From the NCBI GenBank assembly GCA_021613535.1, contig CP075492.1, positions 8,742,001-8,806,000 on the forward strand: a DNA stretch of 64,000 nt, given 5' to 3'. Below, piece by piece: positions 23,451-36,261 of this stretch; position 1 is the first letter of the stretch, and the number at the start of each line of letters is the position of its first letter. Made by a program: the position numbers and the translations under genes. The notes below the pieces were generated by a model that worked only from the letters and a program-made list of their open reading frames with translations, made no database searches and had not been told where the DNA came from. Origin of the DNA: Adineta vaga (taxonomy: Eukaryota; Animalia; Rotifera).

Positions 23451-26339
23451 ATGAGTTCGGCAACACCTGGCCATGCATCAACGCCCTTACTTGGAAATAA
23501 GAAATCACTCTCACCTAGTACCAGTTCAACATTAGGAGTAAATATTGATAAGAAGCGAACAACATCTGAAGAGGATATATCTTATATTACATCAGCACCA
23601 TTAGCTAGAAAATCATCAAGTGGTTTTAATTATCAAACATTAGAAGAAACATCACCATTGAATCAAGCAAAACATCTAACGAAATCATTAGTTCGTTCAC
23701 ATAGTTCTACCAATGCTGAACTTAGTTATCATTTACGACAATTAAGAAATCTAAGTAAACGTAAAACAACATTTAGTGAAGATTTTCGAAATAATAACAA
23801 CAATAATAACGATGATCGCATTCATTTAACATCGTCAAATTTGAAAATTATATGTAATGAAAATGGTGACGATTCAATACATTCAACCATTGAACTTCAA
23901 ACGATTGAAACTAGTATTGAATTACCTGCTGCATGGAAACCAGCAATGCAACAAGTGACTATTCAAAGAGATGCATGGGATCATAAAATTGAATTTCTTC
24001 TTGCGGTTATTGGTTATGCAGTTGATTTGGGTAATGTTTGGCGTTTTCCAACAACTGTTTATATGAATGGTGGTGGAGCATTTTTCATTCCATACTTTAT
24101 TCTTCTTATCTTTGGTGGTTTACCACTTTTCTAGTATGTAGAATATTCTTTATAATAATTGAGATTTCATTCTTATCTTGTAGTATGGAACTTGCACTTG
24201 GTCAATATCATCGATCAGGTGTATTTACGATATGGAAACATGTAAGATAGTAAATTTCATTTTTATCATTATTTTGCTGTTTAATAGATTTGTCCATTGG
24301 TCAAAGGTATCGGTTGGGCAACGGTCATAATTAATTTTATGACGGCAATGTTTTACAATACAATTATTTCATGGGCTGTCTATTATCTCGTTGTGTCATT
24401 TAAAGGATTCGTAGATGATTTACCATGGAAACGATGTAATCATCCTTGGAATACTCATTGTTGTATAGCAGCAGACGTTGGAGAATATCAATATTCATCT
24501 CTATTAGCAAATTTAACAATAACAAATACAACAACACCATCATCATTAATAACAACGAGATCACCTGTGAAAAATTGTACACGGTTAATCTATTCCACAG
24601 AAGAATATTTCTAGTAAGATATTTCTTTTCCTATCGTAAATTATGATTTATTAATTCCATTTTAGTCGAGCTCTTCAAGAAGTAGATAAAGCTGATGGAT
24701 TTGAAAATTTGGGAAAAGTTAAGTGGGAACTTGCCGTTAGTCTTCTGGGTGTATTTGTCATTGTCTATTTTGCACTTTGGAAAGGAATTAAAAGTTCAGG
24801 AAAGGTTTGTTTTGTTTTCTATAATTTCGTACTGTTTGATTTAGGCTTATTTCTCTTAGGCTGTATGGATTACTGCTATTGCTCCGTACGCTGTTTTATT
24901 TATTCTTTTAATTCGTGGTATCACATTATCTGGTTCATCGATTGGCATTCGATATTATTTGGAACCAAAACTAGAATTATTGAAGAATTTCTCGGTTGGA
25001 ATAACTTTTTCTCTACAATGAAATAAGATGTCTTTCTTTTCTGCTCAGATATGGAATGCGGCTGCTACACAAATCTTTTTCTCACTTGGTCCTGGCTTTG
25101 GAGTACTCATAGCTTTATCATCGTACAATAAATTTCATAACAATTGCTATCGGTATTAAAATCTCTCTCTTGTTTTATAATATTTTTGATAAATTTTGTT
25201 TGATAGAGATGCATTGATAACAAGTACAATCAATTGTGCAACATCAATTCTCTCAGGTTTTGTTGTTTTCGCAACACTTGGACATATGGCTTTTATTTCG
25301 AAGAAAACTATTGAACAGGTTATTGAAGATAAAGGTATGTAAAGTATGATTTCTTTTTCAATATTTCCATTATGAGAATTTCAGGTTCGGAATTGGTCTT
25401 TATTGTTTATCCACATACGATTGCATTGATGAATTGGTCAACAATATGGGCTATTCTTTTCTTCTTCATGGTAATTACATTAGGTATAGATAGTACAGTA
25501 AGTAACTTAATCGATTCCCCAAAATGAGAAATATATTGATATGAAAACAAATCTAGTTCGGTGGTCTTGAATCAATCATCACTGGTTTATGTGATGAATT
25601 TCCAGATATATTTGGACGACGTCGTCCATTATTCGTTCTGGGTGTACTTACTATATCATATTTAGGTGCATTACCCACATGTACTTATGGTGGTGATTAT
25701 ATTGTGACATTGATGAATGAAATAGCCGTTGCTCCCGCCCTTCTTCTTGTCGTTTTTGTTGAATGTATTGCTGTCTCATGGTTTTATGGTAAACAGAAAG
25801 CAATTGAATGATCAATGAAATAAATAATGTATCAATTTCTCTAGGTGTCAATCGATTTTCATGGGATATCAAAGCAATGATTGGAACAAGACCATCATTA
25901 TTTTGGAGAGTTGTTTGGTATCTTGTTAGTCCTATGTTTTTATTGGTAAGAATTCATTCTTATTCGAACTATTCCTATACTTATCTCATATAGATAATCT
26001 TCTATATCGCAATGGATAATTTTCTCTTTGGTACAATTTTAATTAAGAAAACAAATTTACGAGATTTACCTGTACATGTTCAAATATGGTCATATCTTAT
26101 GGTATTCGTGCCAATGCTATGTATTCCGGCGTATGCTATTTATAAATTAATCGTTACACCAGGAAAAACATTTGATGAGGTAAAAAAGACTTTAGTTAAA
26201 TGACTAGAAAGTTTTTTTTTATTGTTCTCTATTGTAGCGTCTTCAACGAGCAGTTAAACCTGAAGAACCATTATTTGATCTTATTCGTTCTCGATCAACT
26301 GGCGAACAACAACAACAGGAGAAAACTGACGCTCTCTAA
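23451..26339 (+). CDS. SLC6A4: SLC6 monoamine transporter, serotonin transporter (SERT) type
   Basis: TM1 [19 protein letters not shown] has the monoamine Asp and the SERT-type Tyr. Also [36 protein letters not shown] and LGIDSTFGGLE. The start codon is uncertain because an upstream acceptor exists at ~23391. Confidence 0.88.
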
Positions 26340-27022
26340 CTATTAAATTTATTGTCGTCTCTATTTATACAAAATTTTTTGTGCGTTGTTTTGTAACAGG
26401 AAAATGTATCCATAAATATAGTTTGAGCTAATAAACCATGTGTGTCCCTTACATGTACTAATTAAAAAGATTTTCTTTCTATCATCATCGATATGAACTA
26501 ATATTACTTATTCATTCGAGATTTTGATGATATATACATTTGATAAGAACAGAAATGAATGATCATCAAGAGAGAACGAACAAAATCATATACGTGCTAC
26601 TAGTGAAGTAGTTGATAAGAATAAGTATGATAGCTATAAAAACAATGTACATGTTTTGAATAGACAAATGTTTATACTATATATTTAACAAAACGTGATA
26701 TTTCTTTTTCATGTAAATAGAAAGTCATAAATAGATTGAATTTTCATCAGACATCACGTCTTATTATATTCATCAAAATGATCTCAATAGTCTAGTAAAG
26801 TAAGGAACCAGAAGAAAACGTCATTGTTTCATTTCATTGATTACGAATGTTTTAAAAAGACAAAAAAATCAAATAGTATATATACATCAGAAAAGAAAAA
26901 AAGATCGAGCACGATAAGTACGAAATGAGTAAGAAAAAAAAGAAGAAATTAATTGGAATGTGTATACATCAAGAGTAAACAACGGCTACAAAAGAAGAAA
27001 AAAGAAAAGAAAGAGAAGAGAT

Positions 27023-28024
27023 TCATAATTTTAACACGGACGGTGTCTTTTGTAAATGCGAATCATTTGAACGTGAATGATTATGTTGATGATGATCACC
27101 AACTTCATCATCACTTATTTGAGATTCATTAGGATTTTGTCGTACAGATGACATGGGACTTGCTGACGATGAAACTGTACGTTTCAAATTAAATGTATCA
27201 TTTTGTGGTCGTACAGTAATGATTAAATTATGACTATTCGCAACCATCATATCTGTAACTTGATCGAGTGTTTTTCCGCTTACTTCAATTCCATTAACTT
27301 CAATAATTTCATCTCCAACTTGTAATAAACCTGTTGATTCAGCTAAACCACCAGCTAGTAGACGTGAAATGAAAACACCGGGAACATTTTCTACACCATT
27401 TGGTCCATATTTAATAGCGATGCCGTCACGTATATAAAAACCTAGTGGTTTACTTTCTTTATATCGATGTAATTTGACGCGACGATAAGAAACTGGTAAA
27501 ATTTCTACATCAATTATTGATGAAACAAGACGAAAATCAGGTTGTAATTCAATATTGCGTTGCGGTGATGCATTTGTTTTATCTGAAGATGGATGAATAA
27601 GTGAAGAGATTTGATCGGAAATTTTCTTTCGTTTTCGTAAAGAATCCGTTGTATATTGATAAGATTCACCTAGACAAAAAGAAAACAACAAATAACGTAA
27701 GAATTCTTTTGTCATCAAACCTTTTCGTTGTACGAATATTCTTAATAGACCTGTCGTAACACGTAGAATATGTTCGATGATTGAATCATTATTGATAGAA
27801 AGAAGTTCACCATCTTTATCAAGATAAGTGATATGAAATGAAATGTTTTGAAGATGATGTAGTTCTTCGATTAAATGATGAAAATCATCAAATTTGATTG
27901 GATTTTTTCGATCGAGTTCAAAGCGACGAAATTCCGCACCGAACTATAGATAATCAAATACATTGAAGTACAATACAATGTTAGGAAAACTTACCTTGCT
28001 TTTCACTTCAAGTAGTGACAACAT
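27023..28024 (-). CDS. par-6: Partitioning defective 6 (PB1 + semi-CRIB + PDZ), 3 exons
   Basis: MLSLLEVKSK|FGAEFRRF (PB1), DFRLVSSIIDV, KPLGFYIRDG, GVFISRLLAGGLAESTGLL and GKTLDQVTDMMVANSHNLIITVRP. Confidence 0.93.
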
Positions 28025-28559
28025 TTGCCAATCGAATATGTTGACAATGCACCGATGAGTGTTCGTTTCGTTGACAAAAATAAGTAAACAATTGAAAAGA
28101 AGAGAAGAGAAGAGCGTGTGCAATGCAGGTATGTTGTGTTCTATTTTATAATTGGTAAGACAGGTTAAATAGATAGATGGCAGTGTAGTTCATTATAGTT
28201 CGATACATATTGATCGCTCTTTTCGGTTCGGTTAGAAACAAAAAAACTGAGTAGAGCTCATTTATCATATCTTGAAAGATTACAGTGATGACGTGAGCTA
28301 TCGTTTGTTAACAAATTACTATCTGTGAATAGGAACTCTAATGTGCATTTCTTCAAATCTTTCACATTTATATTTTTCTGGTTCATACCAAGAAACTAAA
28401 TCAAACAGAAAGGACAAGAAAAACATGATGAACTTAAAAAAAAGACAAAGTTTGTAGAAACACACATGCACAGCTTTTTGACTAGAGTGTACTCTATTTT
28501 TTGTTTAGTTCACTCACTACATCAAAGAAAAAGCTAAAGAAGTATTAGAAAAAAATATA

Positions 28560-31500
28560 TTATTGTTGTGAACGAAAATGTTTATTAATTGAATGTCCAC
28601 TTGTTGGTTGAATTCGATGACTTTGTTGTTGTTGTAATTGTGCTAATTGTTCACTTGGTGTTAAATGGCCATAATCATTTGGTTGTTTAAAACCAGCTGA
28701 TACAAATTGCATTGGTTGTCGAGTTGTTGATGTTGATAGTGGTGGTGGTGGCGGTGGAATAGTTACACCACTTGATTTCTTTATTGATCCTGGCTTTGGC
28801 ACCATTGATGACATTTGACTATATTCCGAACCACTACCATAACCAATAATACCGGGTAATACGGGTTGAAGATGTCGAACAGGTGCTTCATTATTGATTG
28901 TTGGTTGAGAATAACGTTGGTTTGTTGGTAGACGATTGATTGGTGCAGATGGCATAGGTTTTGTTAATTCAGATGATTTATTTGAATGATGAAGTGTTTT
29001 CCAGAACGCTTCAAATGAAACAAGTTCACTATCGACATATTCAACTAATTGTACTAAATTTGGTTCTAAATAGATTACAATAGAATAGATTGTGTTTTTT
29101 TTTGTTAGAAATCATCAAATTTAGAAACTGTAGTTTTCTATCTAATCGATTATTTACCATGTGTTTTTTTCGCATATAAAATCTTATCACGTATTTTCTT
29201 TTTAAATAAATCTTTATCTTGTGATGTCCACGGATAATCTGCATCGAAACCATCTAGACGGCATGGATACGCTTGAAGTGGTAAATCAAGAAATCGTGTA
29301 TGTAATGGTCGCATGGTATTCGTGCCCAATTCACGTACTTCACCTTGATCAATAAATTGAATCTTAGATTAGAAAATCATAATCCATTATTGTTCTGCAT
29401 ACTGAAAAGATAAGTAAAGAATATAAACATACCCACGCAAAATTTGTTGCTGGTTTAAATTCTAAAACACGTGCACGATACCAATGTGATTGATAACGAA
29501 CAGCTACCATTTGACCACGACAGAATGAAGCAGCTGTTGATATGCCACGACGTTGTTCAGTTGCATAGAAATCTCTTTCAAACACAAAAATAAATGATCG
29601 TTTATTTATAGAACAATTTCAACAAGGTATATTTACGCCATATTTCGATGAAGATCATTGAGCATTACATTGGGTTCAATATGATCTGGATATGGAGCAG
29701 CTAGAAAGAAATCACTAGATTTCATGACAGGAGAAAAATGAATACATACGTTCATTGCCTTGGCCAAGTGAATTATCAATACCAAATGGATATCGAACGA
29801 AGAATTCACCAGCTGATTTCACATGAGTCACTTCTACTGCATACCAATGTCGTGGTTCTGGTTCAATTACAGGTGGACAATATGGTAAATTTTCTATATA
29901 TGTATATTCAATGAATAGAAATTAGTTCTATTTATATTTTTATATACCTTCGTTTTCTGGTAAAGGCAATGGTTCGATGTTTGTTGGATTTATATTTGAA
30001 TTATTGATCGATTGTTTTTGTGGTTGTTCATATCGAACATCGACTGGATTTCTTTCGATAAACACTGACGAAGTCGTTTGTGGTTGAGTATAATTTCTTT
30101 GAGATTCAATATATTGCCGAACTCGTTGTGTTTTAAATCCATTTACATCATTCATTGCATCATTAGCAATACGAATACGTTCCATATATGTCGTATCAGG
30201 TATTGCAAGTTTCTTTTCGATTAATTGTTCATTTAAAGAAATCAATGATATATTCGTATCGTATAATATAATTGGCAATGGTGGATCGCCGAGTCTATGG
30301 AAGAAATTTTTTTTTGAATTGACTAGAATTTTTTTTTATAAATTACTTGATCGAACGTATTGATGCACTTAAGGAATAGAATCGAAATGTTTTAAAACCT
30401 TTTCCACCAACAAAACGATTCATGAGATTAATTGCTTCACGTGCCCAATCATCATTTGTCGATTGTATCGAAGCTAATGTACATTTAATTGCTTGTGGTG
30501 AATAGATTTGAAATTCTGGTATAAGTTCATAGATTGATGAGTCTTGAATTGTTAAATATTCACCAAAATCGAAACAAAGCACTAATAATGTTTTACGTTC
30601 ACGATCATGATTGATAATTTGAACACGATAAAAACGTTGATCACGAGTATTTCGTGCAACACCTAACGTATTGACAGAGAAATTTTTCAAACGTGTCATA
30701 CGATCACACGAAATTCGCTCAAGATAAGTTTCATTGACATCGTTATAGATTTGTTCAAAATTGTTTTTTTCAGATAGTTGTATGAAAAAATGGGATGGTG
30801 ATGTTAGAGAAGTAATCGTACATGAACCGATATTATCAACTAAATTTAAACTTGTTGCTGGAAGATTAGTTGAACGTGAAATTCGACCAGATAAACTTGC
30901 TGATGTTTTAACCTATAGAAAGGAGAAATAAAATTGTATATTATACATTATTCAAATCAGAGATAAAATCATTAAAATGGTTTATTTTTTCATTTTATTG
31001 CTACATTGTGTTTTGAGATCAATTTATATTCCTACCCCATGATCTTGTTTTATTGCAGTGGACATATTAGAATGATGGACTGGTTGTCTTTGAGGAATAT
31101 TAGGATTTGTTGCATGTTGTAGAACTAAATAAAGCAAAATGCAGATTCAATCAGTAATGATTCTCTGATAAATCAATTCTATGAACGAACTTTCTTTAGG
31201 TAAATTATAAGCAGCATAATCATTAAGATCAAGACGAGGACCAACAATTTGTACAATTTCACCAAGTGATGCTCGTCGACCATGACGTAAGGAAATTAAT
31301 GTTTCAGCAACATCCTACAAAAAGAAATTTCTTCAATTTCTCTCCTCATTCCTTTTCATCCTAACCGTATGTTCATCAATTGTAAGTTGTACAAAATACA
31401 TCGGCCTAAAATATTAAATCTATTTCCATGAATTTCATGCACTTTAGTTTACCATTGTAAAGTTGGTTGTCCAATAATTCGTACATCAAGTGGTTTTGTT

Positions 31501-32981
31501 AATGTATCTTCATGAAATTTGAAACTTGCTTTTTTCGTCCATGAACTATTATTATCACCATTGACTGGTAATAACTAAACAAAATAAAAGTTAACAATTC
31601 AATACAATGCCGATCAAATCTTCAACTTCAAGTGCAGCACAAATTGCTTGTGCAGGTAAACGAGCAAATGCTGGATCAAGTGGACGTAATTCATTAATAT
31701 GTCGTTCTTCATTATTACCATAATCAAGATAAACAAGTTCAACCGATGTATCTAGTAAAGAAATCTACATAAATTCTAACAAGATAAAATCGAATAACAT
31801 ACCAGAACTATATCGTTTAATTCGTGCACGATACCATCGATTATCAACAGAATAACGAGCTGCACAACAACTCATTTCCATCGGCTTATAAGGTTTAACT
31901 GGTGGATCAGTTGTTGTATAATAATCACTGAAAGTAAGACGATATGAATACAATCTATACGGGAAAAAAACACTTTACTTCATGCTTTGAGCAAGTTTTT
32001 CAAGATCATGTGTAAATAATGTGTTTTGTACGAAGAAATACGATGGATTAACAGCAATAGAAACAAGTGCTTGAAAATCTTCACCAACATTTAATAAAGG
32101 AGTTTCAATTTCAACTAATGGTGATGCTAAAAGAATGAAAAATACTTTGAATTTTCATTATAACGATGTTTCACTTACGTTGATTGTTTGTAATATCCTC
32201 GCTTTGCTCATCATCATCTTCTACTTCATCATCATCATCATCATCATCTTGATAAGCATTCGAAACTAATGGTACTTGTTGTATAATAGGTACTGGTATA
32301 ACATTTTGTGTTTGTGCTTTATTTTTCATTCGAATATCTTCAGCAGGATAATGTAATGCTCGATCCATATTTCCATTTTCAGTTTTTGATAATGTATTCA
32401 TTTTGTCTTTCGTTATTATATTATTTTCAATTCGATTTGACAGTTGAGGATGAATAATATCTGTTTTCATTGATCGAATTTTTTCTTCTTGATATTTATT
32501 ATATTTATCAAGTGCTGTTTTAAAATCTTGTCGAATACCATGTGCAGTTGTTTGAAGATCTAATTGTAAGGAGAAGAAAAAAAAAGTAATAATTTGTAAT
32601 CTATTCAAATATATTACTTTCAATAGCACTAAATAATATTTCAATATCATGTTCAATTTTTTGAAAAACTTCCGACATATTTTCGTTGGATGTCATTTCA
32701 TGTCCATTGGTATGATCGTAATCAATTCCAGCACGAATTATTTGCAAGCGCATATGATTTCGTTCTTTATATGGTAAACAAAGCCATGATCTTAATCCAT
32801 CTTCATTTAAATCAAAAAATTCACCAATAGCTGGATCAAATAATTGAATAATATGAGTACGAAAATCGAATGTTCTCGGTAATTTCTCATGTAAATATTT
32901 ATATATTGTATCTAACGATGGATTATCCGATAATTTGATCTGAATTTGTTCTCCATCGTAGATAATTGTTGTATTGATCAT
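28560..32981 (-). CDS. Multi-Tudor (three extended Tudor/SN) protein, TDRD-like
   Basis: Three Tudor cores (ARYSVDNRWYRARI..YLDYGNEE; DQRFYRVQI..FDFGE; YQSHWYRARV..FIDQGE), each followed by an LP.QA..C-type SN segment. Many short introns and a Q/P-rich tail. Confidence 0.85.
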
Positions 32982-33497
32982 AATTTTGATTGAACGTTGA
33001 TATATAGAGTGAATGAACTTTTAGTTTTTGACGATAACGATCGATTTCAATTCAACGACTTTTCTCTTCCTCTATGATAATAAAAATTTTTATCACGTAT
33101 TTATTATAGCTTTACTTATTGAACGAAAGGATATATGTATGATAGGTTTTAATCGAAGATGGCAGTAGTTAATGGATAAGAACAAAACGAAACTAAAGCC
33201 TAATGTTAGAAAGAAAAAATTACCCATTTTTCTTAGTAACAAGAAAAACGATGTGTTGAAATTCTTGATCAGGTATTCGTATGTACAAAAGTCATTCAAC
33301 AGATTTTACATCTCTACAATGCCACAACAACAGATTAAAGACTATAAAAACTTTGTTAGACGATTACTTCTCTTTTCATAATCCATTTTGAAAGAATTGA
33401 ATAGTTTTGAAAAACTAAATTAGCATTTTAAAATGCCTTTCTGCATGCTTTATTGAAAAATATACATATAACAGAGAACAGAAATAGGTCGATTTTT

Positions 33498-36068
33498 TTA
33501 TTGTACTTTTTCTTCATGTAAAACACTGGCAATGAACATTTCAAATTTTTGTAATGTTGAAATTCCACAATGATCATCTAAATTAATTGAGTCATATTTG
33601 ATTCCTCGTGATCCACCTGTTCTTTCATTCGAATCATCATCCATAACTGTATCATCATGTTGATCTCGACGTTTTCGTACAGCGACTTGCAATTGTAAAT
33701 CATCACCGATACGTATTCCGATTGATCTACAACAAATAAGATCATAGGAGAAAACCTTTGTGGAGAACGCAATTTTCTTACGTTGATATTTGTGAATGAT
33801 CAAGTTGAGCACTAAATTGGATTTCTGTTAATCGACCTACAGTTGGTGCTAATGTACTACCAACAACTGACCAACCGAAGATTTTTGCTAATGTACATGC
33901 TAATGTAAATTTAAAATATGCAATCTAAAATATAGATTTATTTAATTAAACAGATAATTGATTTGTTTTAAATTTACTTGATTAATAAAAAATCGTTGTA
34001 CTTCTTCAACGTGATGTTGAAATTCAACTAAATGAGATTTATATTGAATTTTAACTTGACGTTCTTCAATTTGAAACATATAAGACCATCTAATAAGAAT
34101 ATTTAACATGAAAAGAATGTTTTTCTTCTAGTCATAGAGATCAATACTTACCGACACAATGCATCATAACCAGGTGAAATTAAATGAACACGTCCTTGTG
34201 TAGATGTTGTTGAACTAAAAGCACTAATATTAACCACCATTGTTATATCAGAAGTTGAGGATAAATTATCTAATAATTCTAAAATTCTAGAACAAATCAA
34301 ATACAGAAGTTTTGAAATATTTCAAAGAGACATTTTCTAACCGTGCTCGAATAACTTGATGTTGTGCAAGTTCAATGATTGTCTGCAAAATTGTTTTATT
34401 TTCACTGATAGATTTTAATTGATTGTAATTAAACGCATTTACACCAGCAATTCGTCTCAATGCCGGAACACCTAAAGAATAAATGTTCGTCGAGAATATT
34501 CCGAATAGTTTATTATTACCTAACATCAATGTACTAGGTTTTAATTGTGAATAGTGAAAATTACGAAAAAATTGTTGACGTAATAGAGCACATAGGGAAT
34601 ACTCCAAGAGACCAATATGTGCACCCTACATTGATAAGAATTGAATAGATATATTCTAAAATATGCTTTTATTTCTTACGGAAAGATTGGATTCAGTATC
34701 GATAGTTGGATCAAATTCAGTAGAACGTAATAAACTGATTGTCATCATCACATCGGAAAGAATCTAAAATGAATACTAAGCCTTTGATTTGCGTTCAAAA
34801 AAAAAAGGAAATCGAATTTACTTACCCAACATCGTATGGAATTTCTCATCACCGTCGGTTGAATGATATTTGTAATATCTGATGCTTCTCGACAAAGCTA
34901 AACGAAAAAAAAGAAAATCATCTTTTACATACGTCAATTCTTTCATAATTTACTTGTGCAAAAAGTTCTTTTAAAAATAAAGTTCGTTGTGCATTTTCTA
35001 AGATTGTATCATAACTATTTTCTTGTATATTCATCATTGAATCATTTGCCATCATGTTCGAATAAGTTCGAAGTAGAACTTGTCCATCTTCTACAATTAA
35101 GAAATGAATCTTTCTATTCATTATTCTCATTCAGAGATATTACTTGTTTCAATATCAATTTTTAATATAACTCGAACTTGTAATTCTTCAGGTATGATAA
35201 CTTCAATTGAATTATTCTGTGTTCGTTTATGACTATCGGCTTTTGCTACTTCAAATTGCATTTTAATTGGATATAATGAACCAGCTAAAGAATAGAAATC
35301 ATCATGAGTAAGATTCTTTTTTTCATTGATAATTTGAACAAACCTGATCGAAATGATAAATCACCGAGATATCGATTTGTATTATTCTGTTTTCGTATTT
35401 TCCATCGTTGCCTTAAATTTGATAATTGAACATGAAAATTTTCTAAATTTCCACTTGTTGTATTAATAATTTTCATAAAACGTTCGTAAGATGATAGAAG
35501 TACATCCGATGCTTGTCGTGCACTTGTTCGTTTTGAAATCCAAGATTTCTGTAAAATATCTTGACTAAGTCGCATATTTTCTCGTTGTTGACGACTATTT
35601 GGACCATCTTCCATATCTGCTACATTTGTAAATAGATTAAAATAACGACGACTCATAACTAATGAAAGTATATCATGTAATGCACAAATTTCAATATGAG
35701 CTTGTCTATACGAAAGATGTGAAGTATGAAATTAATGATGAGAAATGAATTCTTTTTTTACTTCATTTGTTCGAAGTAATTTGTGAATGCATTTTTTCCT
35801 CCATTAACTATTCGACGTTCTTCATCAGTTGGATTATCGACTGAATCTTCCGAACGAAGATCATTAAGTTCCATTCGAGATAGAATTTTCGTAAAATGAT
35901 CAGACATCGATTGAGTTCTATGAAAACAAAACAATCAAAATCAAAAGATTATCATATAAGTTTACACATTACTTACGATTTAACTTTCTCGCCATCAAGT
36001 GTATACTCATAGACACTCGGTTCCAAGCAAGGTTCAATAGTAACATTTGTTGAAAGTGGTTCAGCCAT
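33498..36068 (-). CDS. MED17: Mediator complex subunit 17
   Basis: N-terminus MAEPLSTNVTIEPCLEPSVYEYTLDG..MSDHFTKILSRMEL; also FHVQLSNLRQRWKIRK, YLGDLSFRSAG, LENAQRTLFLKELFAQL and LQTIIELAQH. Confidence 0.85.
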
Positions 36069-36261
36069 ATTTTATAGTTTGAAGGTAGAAGAAAATCATA
36101 AAACTAAATAGTTTTTTCTTTGTTATTTTCGACAGAAATGTTCATTGGTTACTTTCATTGGACAAATCATAGTGCACTCGTCGACCATCGCTACGTGCAA
36201 TTATATTGTAACCAATAAACGCGACGATTCAAAAGAATCAGTTTTGATACATACAGGTAAT
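36069..36261. promoter_or_regulatory. Probable bidirectional promoter between MED17 and TUBGCP4
   Basis: Head-to-head start codons at 36068 (-) and 36262 (+), 193 bp apart. Confidence 0.6.
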
